A stretch of 64,000 nucleotides of DNA from Octopus sinensis (GCF_006345805.1 NC_043014.1:32054001-32118000); one strand, 5' to 3'; shown: positions 24,759 to 36,489, counted from the first letter of the stretch. Numbers and translations: made by a program. Notes: generated from the letters alone by a model not told the origin.

Positions 24759-25201
24759 TATTATTGTGGTTGTTGTAGTTGTTATTGTTATTATTATTAT
24801 TATTTTTTTGATTTTGAGTGAACATGAACGGAATAAAACATTGTACACAACATAATACAATTAACGATCTGAACTCAACAAGAAAACTTTAAAAACACCT
24901 GCATTTGAAACACTAAGAGCAAGAAAACGAAGAAACACATCTGGTTAATGTGATATCAACAACATCAATAAAAATAATAATTCGCAAATTTTAGCACAAA
25001 ATCAACAATTCTAAGGGAGGAGTATATATCATTTACATTACTCAAAGTAGTTGACTGGTGATGTTTTAATTGACCTCAAGAGATATACAACTTTGCCTCA
25101 GTAAAATGAGGCCTGTATATCTGTATATACACACATACATACTAACATACATGCATACATGCATACATACACACACACACACCACACATATATATATATA
25201 T

Positions 25202-25480
25202 AGGGATAATTCACAAAAAACAAAAGACAAAGACAGGTGGTGTAGACACAAACATATGTATTAGTATAATGCTCGGGAAGTGAAAAAGTCTTTAACGTTT
25301 CGAGCCTATGCTCTTCCACAGAAAGGAACACAGAAAGAAACAGGGAGAGAAAATAAAGAATGTGTAGTGGCTAGCGATCTATCATGGCGAATGCCGGACA
25401 GAGGGGTCACACAGTAGAGCTATGAAGAAGGGGAGATAGTAAAGTAGTGGGGATCCCAAAACGATGTTTATATGTATGTT
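25202..25480 (-). mobile_element. Penelope-like pLTR-type fragment (family F)
   Basis: 25202-25389 is the reverse complement of 32182-32380; carries an atypical hammerhead-like box GAGC-ATAG-GCTC-GAAACGT. Confidence 0.6.
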
Positions 25481-25945
25481 TAAGAGAGCATGTATGTGCG
25501 TGTGAAAGAGGGCTAGTGACCTTGACGTGTGCATGTGTATATGTGTAGATGTGTGGATGATGGTGTGGGGCTGGGAAGTGGTCAGTGCTAGTGTGTGTGT
25601 GTGGTGTGTGGTGTGGTGGTGTTGGGATATGGGGGAGGCGAGAGTAGGGAAAGCAAAGGTGGGGTGTGGGTTAGGCTGAGGGTGGGGGTAGAGGTGGGGT
25701 ATGTGGGTTAGGCTGAGGGTAGAGGTAGAGGTAGGGTATATGGGAGTGGGTGTAAGGGATGGGGTAGGGGTATGATGGGAGGGATAGGGAAGGTGGGGTT
25801 GGATTGTGTAGGGGAGGGGTTACGAGGAAGGGGTGACGATGAAGAGAGAGGGGGAAGGTGGGTAGGAGTGAAGAGAAGAGAGAAGGAGAGTAGGAGTGAA
25901 GAGAAGAAGTATGAGTCGGAGCAAGAGAGGAGAGGTGGGTGGGCT

Positions 25946-26258
25946 ATCTACTATAGCTTCGGGCTGACCAAAGTCCTGTGATGGATTTGGTAAATGGAAA
26001 TTGAAAGAAGCCCATCGTATATGTATATATATATGCATATGTATGTATGTGTATATGTTTGTCACCCCAACATCTCTTGACAACCGATGCTGGTGTGTTT
26101 ACATCCCCGTAACCTAGCCGGTCGGCAAAAGAGGCTGATAGAATAAGTACTAGGCTTACAAAAAATAAGTTCTGGGGTCAATTTGTTTGTCTAAAGGTGG
26201 TGCTCCAGCATGGCCACAGTGAAATGACTGAAACAAGTAAAAGAGTAAAAGAGTAAAA
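25946..26258 (+). mobile_element. SINE family A, 5'-truncated
   Basis: CTACTATAGC...GACTGAAACAAGTAAAAGAGTAAAAGAG. Confidence 0.88.
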
Positions 26259-26271
26259 GGATATATATATA

Positions 26272-26670
26272 TTTAATCAATATAGGGTAGCAAAAAATTC
26301 AATAGAAATTTTTTTCGCCACCAGCGGTCTAGTGAGAAAGAGAAAATAGTCAGAGACTATATATATAAATTCAACAACAATTGAGGAACGACCTCAATAG
26401 GCCATTCGACCCACTAGAAAGAGCAGCCGGGACTCAAACCGCCAAGTAGTAGTAATTCAGAAATTAAAGGAAAATTAAAAAAACATTTACCCTATTCATC
26501 TTTAGACAATGCATTGTTTCGACGTTTTTAATGGCAAACCAGCCTAATTAAATTAAATTAAACTTAATCAAGTCAATCTATCAAAGGCTACATCTCATCG
26601 GTAAAGAAGCCAGGAGGGACAGATATACACGAGGCAGCAGTATCTATGCCCTGGGAATATCTGCCCTAAA
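26272..26670 (-). mobile_element. Penelope-like pLTR-type fragment between TA tracts
   Basis: TA-flanked block containing a hammerhead fold. Confidence 0.55.
26499..26607 (-). ncRNA. Type I hammerhead ribozyme (U4C variant), 64-nt loop II
   Basis: Minus strand: TCTTTA-CCGATGA-GATGT-[64 nt]-ACGTC-GAAA-CAATGCATTG-TC-TAAAGA; palindromic stem III; GUC triplet. Confidence 0.7.
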
Positions 26671-27355
26671 TTTGTGTGTATATATATACACACATATATA
26701 TGTATGTATATAAATATATATAAATGTATATATATATACATATATATATGTATGTATATATATGTGTATATATATTCCATGTCCCACTGAAAAAAAAAGA
26801 GAAAATAAGTTTGGATCCCCGTACCCCACCATAATTTACCCATGCTTCACCAGTGGGGCATATTCACTACATTGGGAATCACTGGGCTAGTTAGGAAAGC
26901 ATGGCGTGATTAATCAATCACAAAGGGTGTATTTCACAGAGAAGTGTGTAAAAGCAAATATTAAACAGGATGTATACTGGTGAAAGATCACTCATCTTTG
27001 ACCTTTACTATTGTCTCTCTGCATTACCCTACTGATCATCCAGTACATAGGATACAATAGATGTGTGCAGTTCAATCTCAGAACAATAATCACAATTTTT
27101 CATAACTGGTTAACAGAGAATTAGTTTCACATTATGATCCATAATTATATTATTGAATGAGCTTAACATTTAGGGTGAGTTTTATCATCTTTGATGGATG
27201 TGAAGCTCTCATCTAACACACCCAGAATATATGTTACTATAACACTGATGCATAAAGATGGTGACAGAAGTCAACTGCAACAGTTACTCACTTGACTTAG
27301 ATTTCATACAGTTTATCCAATATTTTACTTAAAATAATATGGTTTTACATGTATA

Positions 27356-27739
27356 TCTCTCTCTATATAAACGGCAGTTTGTCTGTGCGTGTTTCTGTGT
27401 GTCTGTTTGCTTGTACCCTCACCCTGACCACGGCTTTCAACCGATTCTGATGAAACTTGACACACACATAGCCCAATGTCATAATTCAAAACTAACGCAG
27501 CCAAAATTTTGAAAAGTTCCCCCAGTTCTGAAAAAAATCGATAAATTCGACATGGGGTCGAGAATCAGAAACACAGACCACAAACTGTCTAGGAGACGCA
27601 ACTACACCTTTTTTAACTCTCAAAAAAAATTTACCATCATTTTTTCCATTTTTTTGCTATTTTTTGGCTATAACTCTCTAAAAATGCTTTATAGTTATTT
27701 CCCTTACAAACCTGAGCAACGCCGGGATCGATACTGTAG
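27356..27739 (+). mobile_element. Non-autonomous Helitron
   Basis: A|TC start, CC(T)GAGCAACGCCGGG hairpin, ends TACTG(C)TAG|T; 3' ~70 bp shared with 2776-2845. Confidence 0.75.
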
Positions 27740-28065
27740 TATATATATAAAAATGTATATACATATATATTCACAAAGGTATAGAGAGAGGCAGCCTGTC
27801 TGAAAACTATGGAAATATTTACCTATTCAAAGACTATGAATATATTTACAAAACATTTCCACCTAATTTTTTTCTCCAATTTAATTGTTTTCTTATTTTA
27901 CTCTTTGTTGAAAAAGTCTAAAAAGACAGAAACCGGTACTAAAATTTACTTCATGATAAAATTGTTTTAGCATTTTCTATCTTGTCTTATTTTCTTTATA
28001 TACATATCAACTTATGTGTTACTTTTCTACCTTCTACATATATATGTATATACAGGTATATATTC

Positions 28066-28270
28066 TTTTTCTTTTACTTGTTTCAGTCATTTTGACAGTA
28101 GCCATACTGGAGCACTGCTTTTTAGTTGAACAAATCAACTCCATGACTTATTATTTGTAAGCCTAGTACTTATTCTATCAGTCTCTATTGCCAAACCAGT
28201 AAGTTATGGGGAAGTAAACACACCAGCATTGGTTGTTGATCAATGGTAGGGGGACAAACACAGACACACA
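28066..28270 (-). mobile_element. SINE family A, 3' half
   Basis: CTTTTACTTGTTTCAGTCAT...GTAAGCCTAGTACTTATTCTATC. Confidence 0.85.
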
Positions 28271-28271
28271 A

Positions 28272-28302
<31 letters not shown>

Positions 28303-28474
28303 CATATACATATATATATATATATATACATATATATAGCTATAACTCTTTGACTGCTATTTCAAATTCGGTATGTGGTAAGGCAATTCGTGCTAAAACC
28401 CTTTATTGCTTAGTATATATATATATATATATATAAACAAATCAAATAGATGAACATCAATGGAATTTGTATCT

Positions 28475-28936
28475 TTGTGGTACAATGCCGGTGGCACACA
28501 AGAAAACCATCCGAACGTGGCCGTAGCCAGTACCGCATCGACTGGCCTCCATGCTGTGGGCACGTAACAAACACCATCCGATCGTGGCCGTTCGCCAGCC
28601 TCATCTGGCACCTGTGTCGTTGGCACATAAAAAACACCATCCGAGCGTGGCCGTCTGCCAGCCTCGTCTGGCACCTGTGTCGGTGGCACATAAAAAACAC
28701 CATCCGAGCGTGGCCGTTCGCCAGCCTCGTCTGGCACCTGTGTCGGTGGCACATAAAATCACCCACTACACTCTCGGAGTGGTTGGCGTTAGGAAGGGCA
28801 TCCAGCTGTAGAAACACTGCCAGATCTGACTGGCCTGGTGCAGCCTTCGGGCTCCCCAGACCCCAGTTGAACCGTCCAACCCATGCTAGCATGGAAAGCG
28901 GACATTAAATGATGATGATGATGATGATGATGATGA
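28475..28936 (+). mobile_element. Family C element with internal ~63-bp tandem units
   Basis: Three to four copies of AAACACCATCCGAGCGTGGCCGTTCGCCAGCCTCGTCTGGCACCTGTGTCGGTGGCACATAA, then standard tail and (GAT)n. Confidence 0.88.
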
Positions 28937-29133
28937 TATATATATGCATATATCATCATCATCATTTAATGTCTGTCTTCCAGACCGGTGAGAGTTGGAC
29001 AAATATATAAATAGACACACACATACACACACATACATACATATATGCATGCATACATACATCCATCCATCCATCCATCCATCCATACATACATACATAC
29101 ATGCATACATATATATGTGTATGTATGTATGTA

Positions 29134-29416
29134 TCATCATCATCATCATCATCGTTTAGCGTCCGCCCTTCCTAACGCCAACCACTCCATGAGTGTAGTG
29201 GGTGCTTTTTATGTGCCACCGGCACAGGTGCCAGACGAGTCTGGAAAACGGCCATGATCGGATGATGCTTTTTACGTGCCACTGGCACAGGGGCCAGGCG
29301 AGGCAGGCAACGCCTACGAACGGATGGTGCTTGTTACGTGCCACTGGCATGAGGCCAGTCTGGGCGGCGCTGGCAACGGCCACAAAGGATGGTGCCTTTT
29401 ACGTGCCACCGGCACG
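29134..29416 (-). mobile_element. Family C element with internal tandem units
   Basis: CCTTCCTAACGCCAACCACTCC then repeated ACGTGCCAC(T/C)GGCAC. Confidence 0.8.
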
Positions 29417-29421
29417 TATAT

Positions 29422-29499
<78 letters not shown>

Positions 29500-29589
29500 A
29501 CATATAATATATACATATATATATATATGTATATAATATATATACATATATATGCATGTCCTGTATGGCCATCTCCCCACTTACTCTCT

Positions 29590-30045
29590 CAGCTGAGTTC
29601 TGCTTGTCTTGTGGGCTTGCAGGTGTTGGTGCCATGTAAAAGCACTTGTGTTGGGGCTACATAATAGCACCCAGTACAGTCTGTGAAGTGGATGGCATTA
29701 CGAAATGCATCAAGCCATAGGAACCATGCAAAACAGACAATTAGACCCTGGAGCAGCTCACCAGCTGGCCAGATTCTGTCAAAATGGCCAACCCATGTCA
29801 GCATGGAAAGCATCATTATTAAATGATGATGATGATGATAGTATCATCATCATCGTTTAATGCCTGCTTTCCATGCTAGCAATGATCTGTCCAGACTCTG
29901 ACTGTCTGTTGTGACATGGTTTCTATGACTGGATGCCTTTCCTAATGCCATCCACTTCACAGAGTGTACTGGGTCCTTTTTATCTGCCACCAGCACAGGT
30001 CTGCTTACGTAGCACTGTCATGGGTGCTTTTTAAGTGGTAGCGGC
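29590..30045. mobile_element. Two family C copies tail-to-tail (+ 29590-29838, - 29843-30045)
   Basis: CCAACCCATGTCAGCATGGAAAG(GAT)n facing (CAT)nCGTTTAATG..TTTCCATGCTAGC. Confidence 0.7.
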
Positions 30046-30093
30046 ACCTGAGAGTTGAAACCTGTATATGTGGAAGACAGTAATTTTACAACA

Positions 30094-30150
<57 letters not shown>

Positions 30151-30335
30151 ACACATTCATAATGTCATGTTTAAGCATTACTAATAACCAAATATATCTC
30201 AGCTCAAAACAAGAGATCATATTGAACTCCGAAAGTTCATGTGTAAAATGCATTTCCATGTTCAATGTTGCACAAACTACAGGATCAGCTATAATGGGTG
30301 AATAGAGCAAAATACATTTAAAAGGACAGCAGAAA

Positions 30336-31400
30336 GCAATATCAGTGATATTTGAAAAAGTTCTTCCCTGCAGCTCTTTCAATAACTCATTATATAACAT
30401 TACAATAACAATTATTTAGCACTTAAGAATCACACTATCAAGGGTCTTTTGAAATTTGAGTTCCAAATTCAAATTGGCTCTTGTAAAGGTTGGAGATTCA
30501 AAGGGGAAAAAATATAAGAAAAAGAAAATAAAGAAAAGAAAGGTAAAGAAAATGAAGATGGAATGGCGTAGGAGTGGCTGTGTGGTAAGTAGCTTGCATA
30601 CAAACCACATGGTTCCAGGTTCAGTCCCACTGCGTGGTACCTTAGGCAAGTGTCTTCTACTATAGCCTCGGGTCGACCAAAGCCTTGTGAGTGGATTTGG
30701 TAGACAGAAACTGAAAGAAGCCCATTGTATATATGTATATATATATATGTGTGTGTGTGTATGTTTGTGTGTCTGTGTTTGTTCCCCCTTCCCCGCAACA
30801 TCGCTTGACAACTGATGGTCGTGTGTTTACGTCCCCGTAACTTAGCGGTTCAGCGAAATAGACCGATAGAATAAGTACTAGGCTTACATAGAATAAGTCC
30901 TGGGGTTGATTTGTTCAACTAAAGGCGGTGCTCCAGCATGGCCACAGTCAAATGACTGAAACAAGTAAAGAATATGGAATATAAAGAGGGGAAAAGGAAG
31001 GAATAAGTAACAAATTAAACAAAATTTTTTTTTAAATATCTAACGGGGAATGAGAACATGGGTACTGAAATTGGTCTTTGTAAGATTAAGGACTATGATT
31101 TAGTGTCCTTAATCTTCCAATGGCCAGCTTCACAATCTCCAGCCTAATCAAGAACCAATTTGAATTGAAATTCGAATTTCAAAAGACCCTTGATGGTGTG
31201 ATCCTTGAGTGCTAAATAATTGTTATTGTAATGTTCTATAAGGAGTTATTGAAAGAGGTGCAGGGAAGAATATTTTCAAATATCACTGATATTGTTTACT
31301 GTGTATCTCTTTATTTTTGTTATTTATTTCTTTCTTATTTCTTTTTGTTGCCCTTTTTATCGTTACATTCCTTCATCCTTCTTCCTTTGAATCTTCAACC
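30336..31400. mobile_element. Foldback/MITE-like element with ~165-bp inverted arms, SINE A inserted inside
   Basis: 30336-30500 is the reverse complement of 31135-31296 (GTGCTAAATAATTGTTATTGTAATGTT, TTTCAAAAGACCCTTGAT). Confidence 0.7.
30564..30972 (+). mobile_element. tRNA-derived SINE family A, full length (used as reference copy)
   Basis: GGCGTAGGAGTGGCTGTGTGG A box, GGTTCAGTCCC B box, central (TA)(TG) tract, GACTGAAACAAGTAAAG tail. Confidence 0.93.
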
Positions 31401-31956
31401 TGTATATGAGCTGATGATGATGTAATTCTTGTGTGTTATATAAATTTATATTTATAATTGTTGTTGTCATGTTATGTAATTAATTATTGAAACAGCTGTA
31501 GGAAAGAATGCTTGAAAATATCACTGTTCTGTCAAATGTGTTTATATGTATATATGTGTATGTGTGTGTATCTGTTTGTAATAATATATATCTATATGTA
31601 TATGTAAATATGCACATATGTGTGCATGGTATATACACATATATGTGAGTGTGTGTATATATGTATACATGTGCTTTATAAAATTTATTAAAATTGTTTG
31701 CAAGCAACATCAGCAACAACAGTAGCAACAGTTGCTATCAACTAACTTACAGAGATGTAAACAAACCAACACTAATTGTCACAGAGAGGGGGTGAAATAA
31801 ACACAGACACAGACACATACACACACATACACACACATACACACACACACACACACACTTATATATGTATGTATGTGTCTGGTTTCTATATGCTTCCTTC
31901 TTGACTTACTATGTTTCTTCTCTTATTCAATTTTTAGTTCATTATACTATGTAGAT

Positions 31957-31990
31957 TGTGTCTGATGACTGAGAAACTAATAGTAGCACA
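31957..31990 (+). ncRNA. Minimal type I hammerhead-like motif with collapsed stem II
   Basis: TGTGT-CTGATGA-CTGA-GAAA-CTAATAG-TA-GCACA: intact core boxes, 5-bp stem I, near-palindromic stem III. Confidence 0.5.
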
Positions 31991-32181
31991 TAAAAACATG
32001 TATTGTGTCTATTAAATAACATTCATCTCTCACCAGATGGAGTACTTTTTTGTTGATCCTATCATATATATGCATGCATATGTATATAAATATATGTATA
32101 TAAATATATATACGTACACCCAATGACTTCATAGAAGAAAGGACGTTAAATGATGAATATGATATATATATATATATATAA

Positions 32182-32379
32182 CGCCATGTTAGATCGTTAG
32201 CTCCTACATGAATTTTTTTTCTCTCCTTGTTTTTTTTCTGTGTATCTTTCTGTTGAAGAGCATAGGCCCGAAACGTAAAAGACTTGTTCTATTTCTATTC
32301 CTGAGTGCCATACTAATACATTTGTTTGTTTGTACTCCACCTGTCTTCATCTTTTGTTTATTTTCGTAAACCTTCCCGT

Positions 32380-32380
<1 letters not shown>
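32182..32380 (+). mobile_element. Penelope-like pLTR-type fragment (family F) in a TA tract
   Basis: Homologous to 25202-25389; TCTTT-CTGTTGAA-GAGC-ATAG-GCCC-GAAACGTA-AAAGA. Confidence 0.6.
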
Positions 32381-32411
<31 letters not shown>

Positions 32412-32454
32412 AATATAAATATTTGTGTGTATATATATACGTGTATATGTATGG

Positions 32455-32600
32455 GTTTCCAGGTAACAGATTCATTCACAAGGCTTTCATTGGCCTAGGG
32501 CTACAGTAAAAATTACTTGCCCAAGTTGCTGCATTGAGGGACTCAACCTGAAGCAATGTGGTTAGAAAGCTAACCTCTTAACTACACAGCCATGCTTGCA
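32455..32600 (-). mobile_element. SINE family A, 5' fragment, diverged
   Basis: TTCACAAGGCTTT..ACTTGCCCAAG..TACACAGCCATGC. Confidence 0.7.
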
Positions 32601-32611
32601 CCTTTATATGC

Positions 32612-32642
<31 letters not shown>

Positions 32643-33064
32643 TGTATGTATGTATATATATATACATGTATATATATGTGTGTATATATATATATACACT
32701 CACACACACACATATATGTATGCATATACATATATATATATATAAATATACAAGGTTCAAATGATTTATTAAAATTCTTTGCAAACAACAACAACAACAA
32801 CAACAGCAGTAACAGCAGTAGCGGCAGCAGCATCAGCAGCAGTGGCTGTCAGCTATTATTGCTGCTAGTTTGGTTGGTTGCTACTTATTGGGCGACATTA
32901 TTTCTCTTTGATGATATCCTGAGAGCTTCCATGAACAGGATTCTTCGTAATGGATTGCTTAATATCTAGGATAGCATTCAATTATTGCATTAGCATTTGT
33001 ATATAGCATTTGTACACTGTAACTAGAATAAATGGGGTTGAGGATGGGGATGGCGCTTGAGTAA

Positions 33065-34720
33065 GAGGGTGTGTGTGTGTGTACGTGTGTGTGTACGTGT
33101 GTGTATGTGTGTGTGTGTAATAGTGTGTTGTGTATGAGTCAGTATGTGAATGTATACATGTGTCAGTGAATGTGTATGGACGTGTGTGTGTGTGTGTGTG
33201 AGTATGTGCATGTGTGTGTGGAGTGCGCATGTGTGTGTGTGTGTGAGTGCATGTGTGTATGAGTGTGTTATGTATGAGTCAGTATGTGAATGTGTACATG
33301 TGTCAGTGAATGTGTATATGTGTGTGTGTGAGAATGTGTGTGTATGTGTGTGTGAGTGCGTGTGTATGAGTGTGTGATGTATGTGTCAGTATGTGAATGT
33401 GTACATATGTGTTGGTGAAAGTGTATATATGTGTGTGAGTATGTGTGTGTGAATGTGTGTGTATGAGTGTGTGATGTATGTGTCAGTATGTGAATGTGAA
33501 TGTGTCAGTGAATGTATATTCACTGTGTGTGTGTGAGTATATGTGTAAGTGTGTGTGAGTGTGTGTGTGTGCTTGGCTATGTGATGTACATATCAGTCTG
33601 TGAATGTGCATATGTGTGTGCGTGTGTGAGTATGTATGCATGTGTGTGCATGTGTGAGTGTGTGCATTTGACTATGTGATATATGTGTCAGTGTGTAAAT
33701 GTTTATGTATGTGTGTGTGCGTATGTCAATGAATATATGTGTTTGACTATGTGATGCGTGAGTGTGTGAATGTGTATAATGTGTATGTATGTGTATGTAT
33801 GCGAGTGTGTGTGTATTTGACTATATCATGTGTGTGTCATGTGTGAATGTATGTATGCGTGTGTAAGTGTTTGTGTATGTGCGTGGGTGTGGGTGTTTGA
33901 CTATATGATGTATGTGTGAGTGTATGAATGTGTATGTATGTGTATATATATCTACCTGTGTACATGAGAATGTGTGAATGTGTGCTTATATGAGTGTGTG
34001 ATGTGTGTCAGTTTGAGTGTACATGGGAATGTCTTGTGCATGTGTGTGTGTGTGTGTGAGAGAGAGAGAGTGAGTTTGTGTGTGTATGTATGTGTGAATG
34101 TGTGTATATGTGCCTGTGTCTACATGTGTAGATGTGTGTGTGAATGTGTGCTTCTGTGTATGTGTGTGTGATGTGAGTCTATCATTTTGTGCATACATGT
34201 GAATGCCTTGTGCATGTGTGTGAGTGTATGCGAGTGTATTTGTATGTATGTGTAAATGTATGTGTGTGAATGTGTGCTTGTGTGTGTCTAAATGTGTGTG
34301 TATGTGTGTGAATATGTGCTTGTGTGAGTGAGTGGTGTAAGTGTATCAGTTTATGCATATATGTGAATATCTTGTGTGTGTGTGTGTGTGTATGTGTGAA
34401 TGTGTGTGCATATGTGCCTCTCTCTATGTGTGTAGATGCATGTGTGTGAATGTGTATGTGATATGTAAGCATCTGTCTGTGACTCTATGTGAGTGTGTGT
34501 GCAGGTGCGTGTATGTCCATGTATCTAGATGTGTAAATATGTGTGCGTGAACGTGTATTTGTGATAAAAACATATCAATCCATGCATGTATAAAAGTGTG
34601 CATTTGTGTGTGTATGTGTGTGTGAGTGTGTGTACATGTGTGTCTATATGTGTGCACATGTATCTGTATGAACGTGAATGTGTGTGTGTGCGTCTATCTG
34701 TGTTTGTATGTGTGTGTTGT
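33065..34720. repeat. ~1.6-kb degenerate TG-rich array with higher-order units
   Basis: Recurrent GTCAGTATGTGAATGTGTACATG and TTTGACTATGTGAT subunits in a (TG)n background. Confidence 0.85.
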
Positions 34721-34779
34721 TGTTGTTGGTGATGATGATGATGATGATGATGGTGCTGATGAATGATGATGAATGAACC

Positions 34780-35553
34780 TTCATTGTGGTTGATCAACCA
34801 ATCCCAACCAGGCAGGATTAACAGCACGTGATGTTCTTTTTATCCTTCCAATCACCAAAATACAAAACAGGGTTTGCAAGACATCTATTTGGATGATTTT
34901 TTCCTGAGTTACCATCTCACCCTTATATGCAAATCCATCACAAGGTTATCCATTGACAGCTGAATGAACTGGAACAACATGAAATGAAATGTCTTGCTCA
35001 AGGACACAACACAGCATCCGGTCCAGGATTTGAAATCATGGTCTTGCAATCATCAGTGTGTAGGATTTTTGTTATCTATTTCTGTGTGATATCTGCACTT
35101 GTTGAGTGCTTCACACATTTTCCCTACAATGTTGTAGAAAGGAATAAAATGTCAGGAACATGAATCGCTGAACAAATAACAATAATAGTTTATTATTTCA
35201 CAGAAGGAGATACTTCATCGCTGGTCATCGGTAGTGCGAATGCCAATGTTAGGAAAACAGCAGAATCAGATTAAATCACCATGGTTAAAACAGTCTTCAC
35301 CACCCACCAAGTCTGGTTCGCTCTTCACTGAGAGCCTTGTTAGGACACGTCTTAATTCATCGACCACCAAGAACCAAGAGGCTTGGAATAGCGGGAAAGG
35401 CTAACTGCTCCTGATTACGGCACATACGCATCAGGGGACTTCCGGCAGGCCTATCGGAAGACACCAAACATTGTACATGCGCAGATGGACATCCCAAAAT
35501 AGCATCTAAAACCTGGCCTCACTACAAGTGCAACACCCCAGCCACTAAGCCAT
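34780..35553 (-). mobile_element. SINE family D interrupted by a solo LTR
   Basis: GTCTTGCTCAAGGACACAAC...ATCATCAGTG | LTR | CAACACCCCAGCCACTAAGCCAT rejoin into the family D head. Confidence 0.75.
35059..35526. mobile_element. Solo LTR (468 bp) of an LTR retrotransposon, possibly Ty3/Gypsy
   Basis: Begins TGTAG, ends CTACA; AGTG 4-bp TSD at 35055-35058 and 35527-35530; splits a SINE cleanly. Confidence 0.8.
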
Positions 35554-36120
35554 AGTTAAAGATAGTTGTGCTATTCATGGTGGGCATGACAGAGATACCA
35601 GCAGTGTTCATTTTGTTGTTTATACTTGTGTTGTTGTTTGTGCGTTTCTTTATAAAAATATGTGTATTTGTGAGAGTGTATATGTGTGAGTTTCTGTATA
35701 TACTTGTGTCTGTGTTTTTGTGCATGTTGAGTTTTCCATGTGTATAAGCCATGTTTACATATATCTGCATGTGTATGTATGTGCATGTGCTAATGTATGT
35801 CTGTCTTAACGTATGTATGACTACATGTCTATTTATTCAAATTTCTCTTCTCTCTCTATCTACCTATCCATGAATCTATCTATCTACCTGTCATTCTTGG
35901 GGTTTTGACTCTCTGCAGATTTGTAGGAGTGGGTGATCATATGTGGAACGCCTAAATAATTTTAAACCTGGCACAGTTGATCCCTAGCCACATCTGGACA
36001 TAGGTGATATATTCCTGATGAAAAATAAAATTTGGATGAAAAGATTTAACTCTAAGACAACATGGAATTCATAGAGAAAATAACTGGAAAATTAAATCTG
36101 AGTATATTTGATATCACACA

Positions 36121-36151
<31 letters not shown>

Positions 36152-36278
36152 CACAAAGACTTAACTACATCTAAAGCTACCATTTATAAGTGGGTGTGAC
36201 TTGGTAGCATTTGCTTATGGGAGTTCTGAGTGGACATGGCTTGACCCAGCAGAATCTTCAGATGTGACAGCTTGAGAG

Positions 36279-36319
<41 letters not shown>

Positions 36320-36489
36320 GTGAGTGAGTGAGTGAGTGAGTGAGTGAGTTTGAGAGAGTGAGAGAGAGAGGTGGCTTGTACTAACATTCAGCTAATACTT
36401 TCTTATCAAACCCTACAGGGAGATTTGATCTTAGAGACAAGAGAGCCGGCTTAAATATCCATTATGTATGTGTCTCTTCTATTTTTTAA

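Noticed and set aside
28505-28757. Regular repeats resembling a CRISPR array
   Set aside because: Units are contiguous near-identical tandem copies without unique spacers, inside a SINE, in eukaryotic DNA with no cas genes
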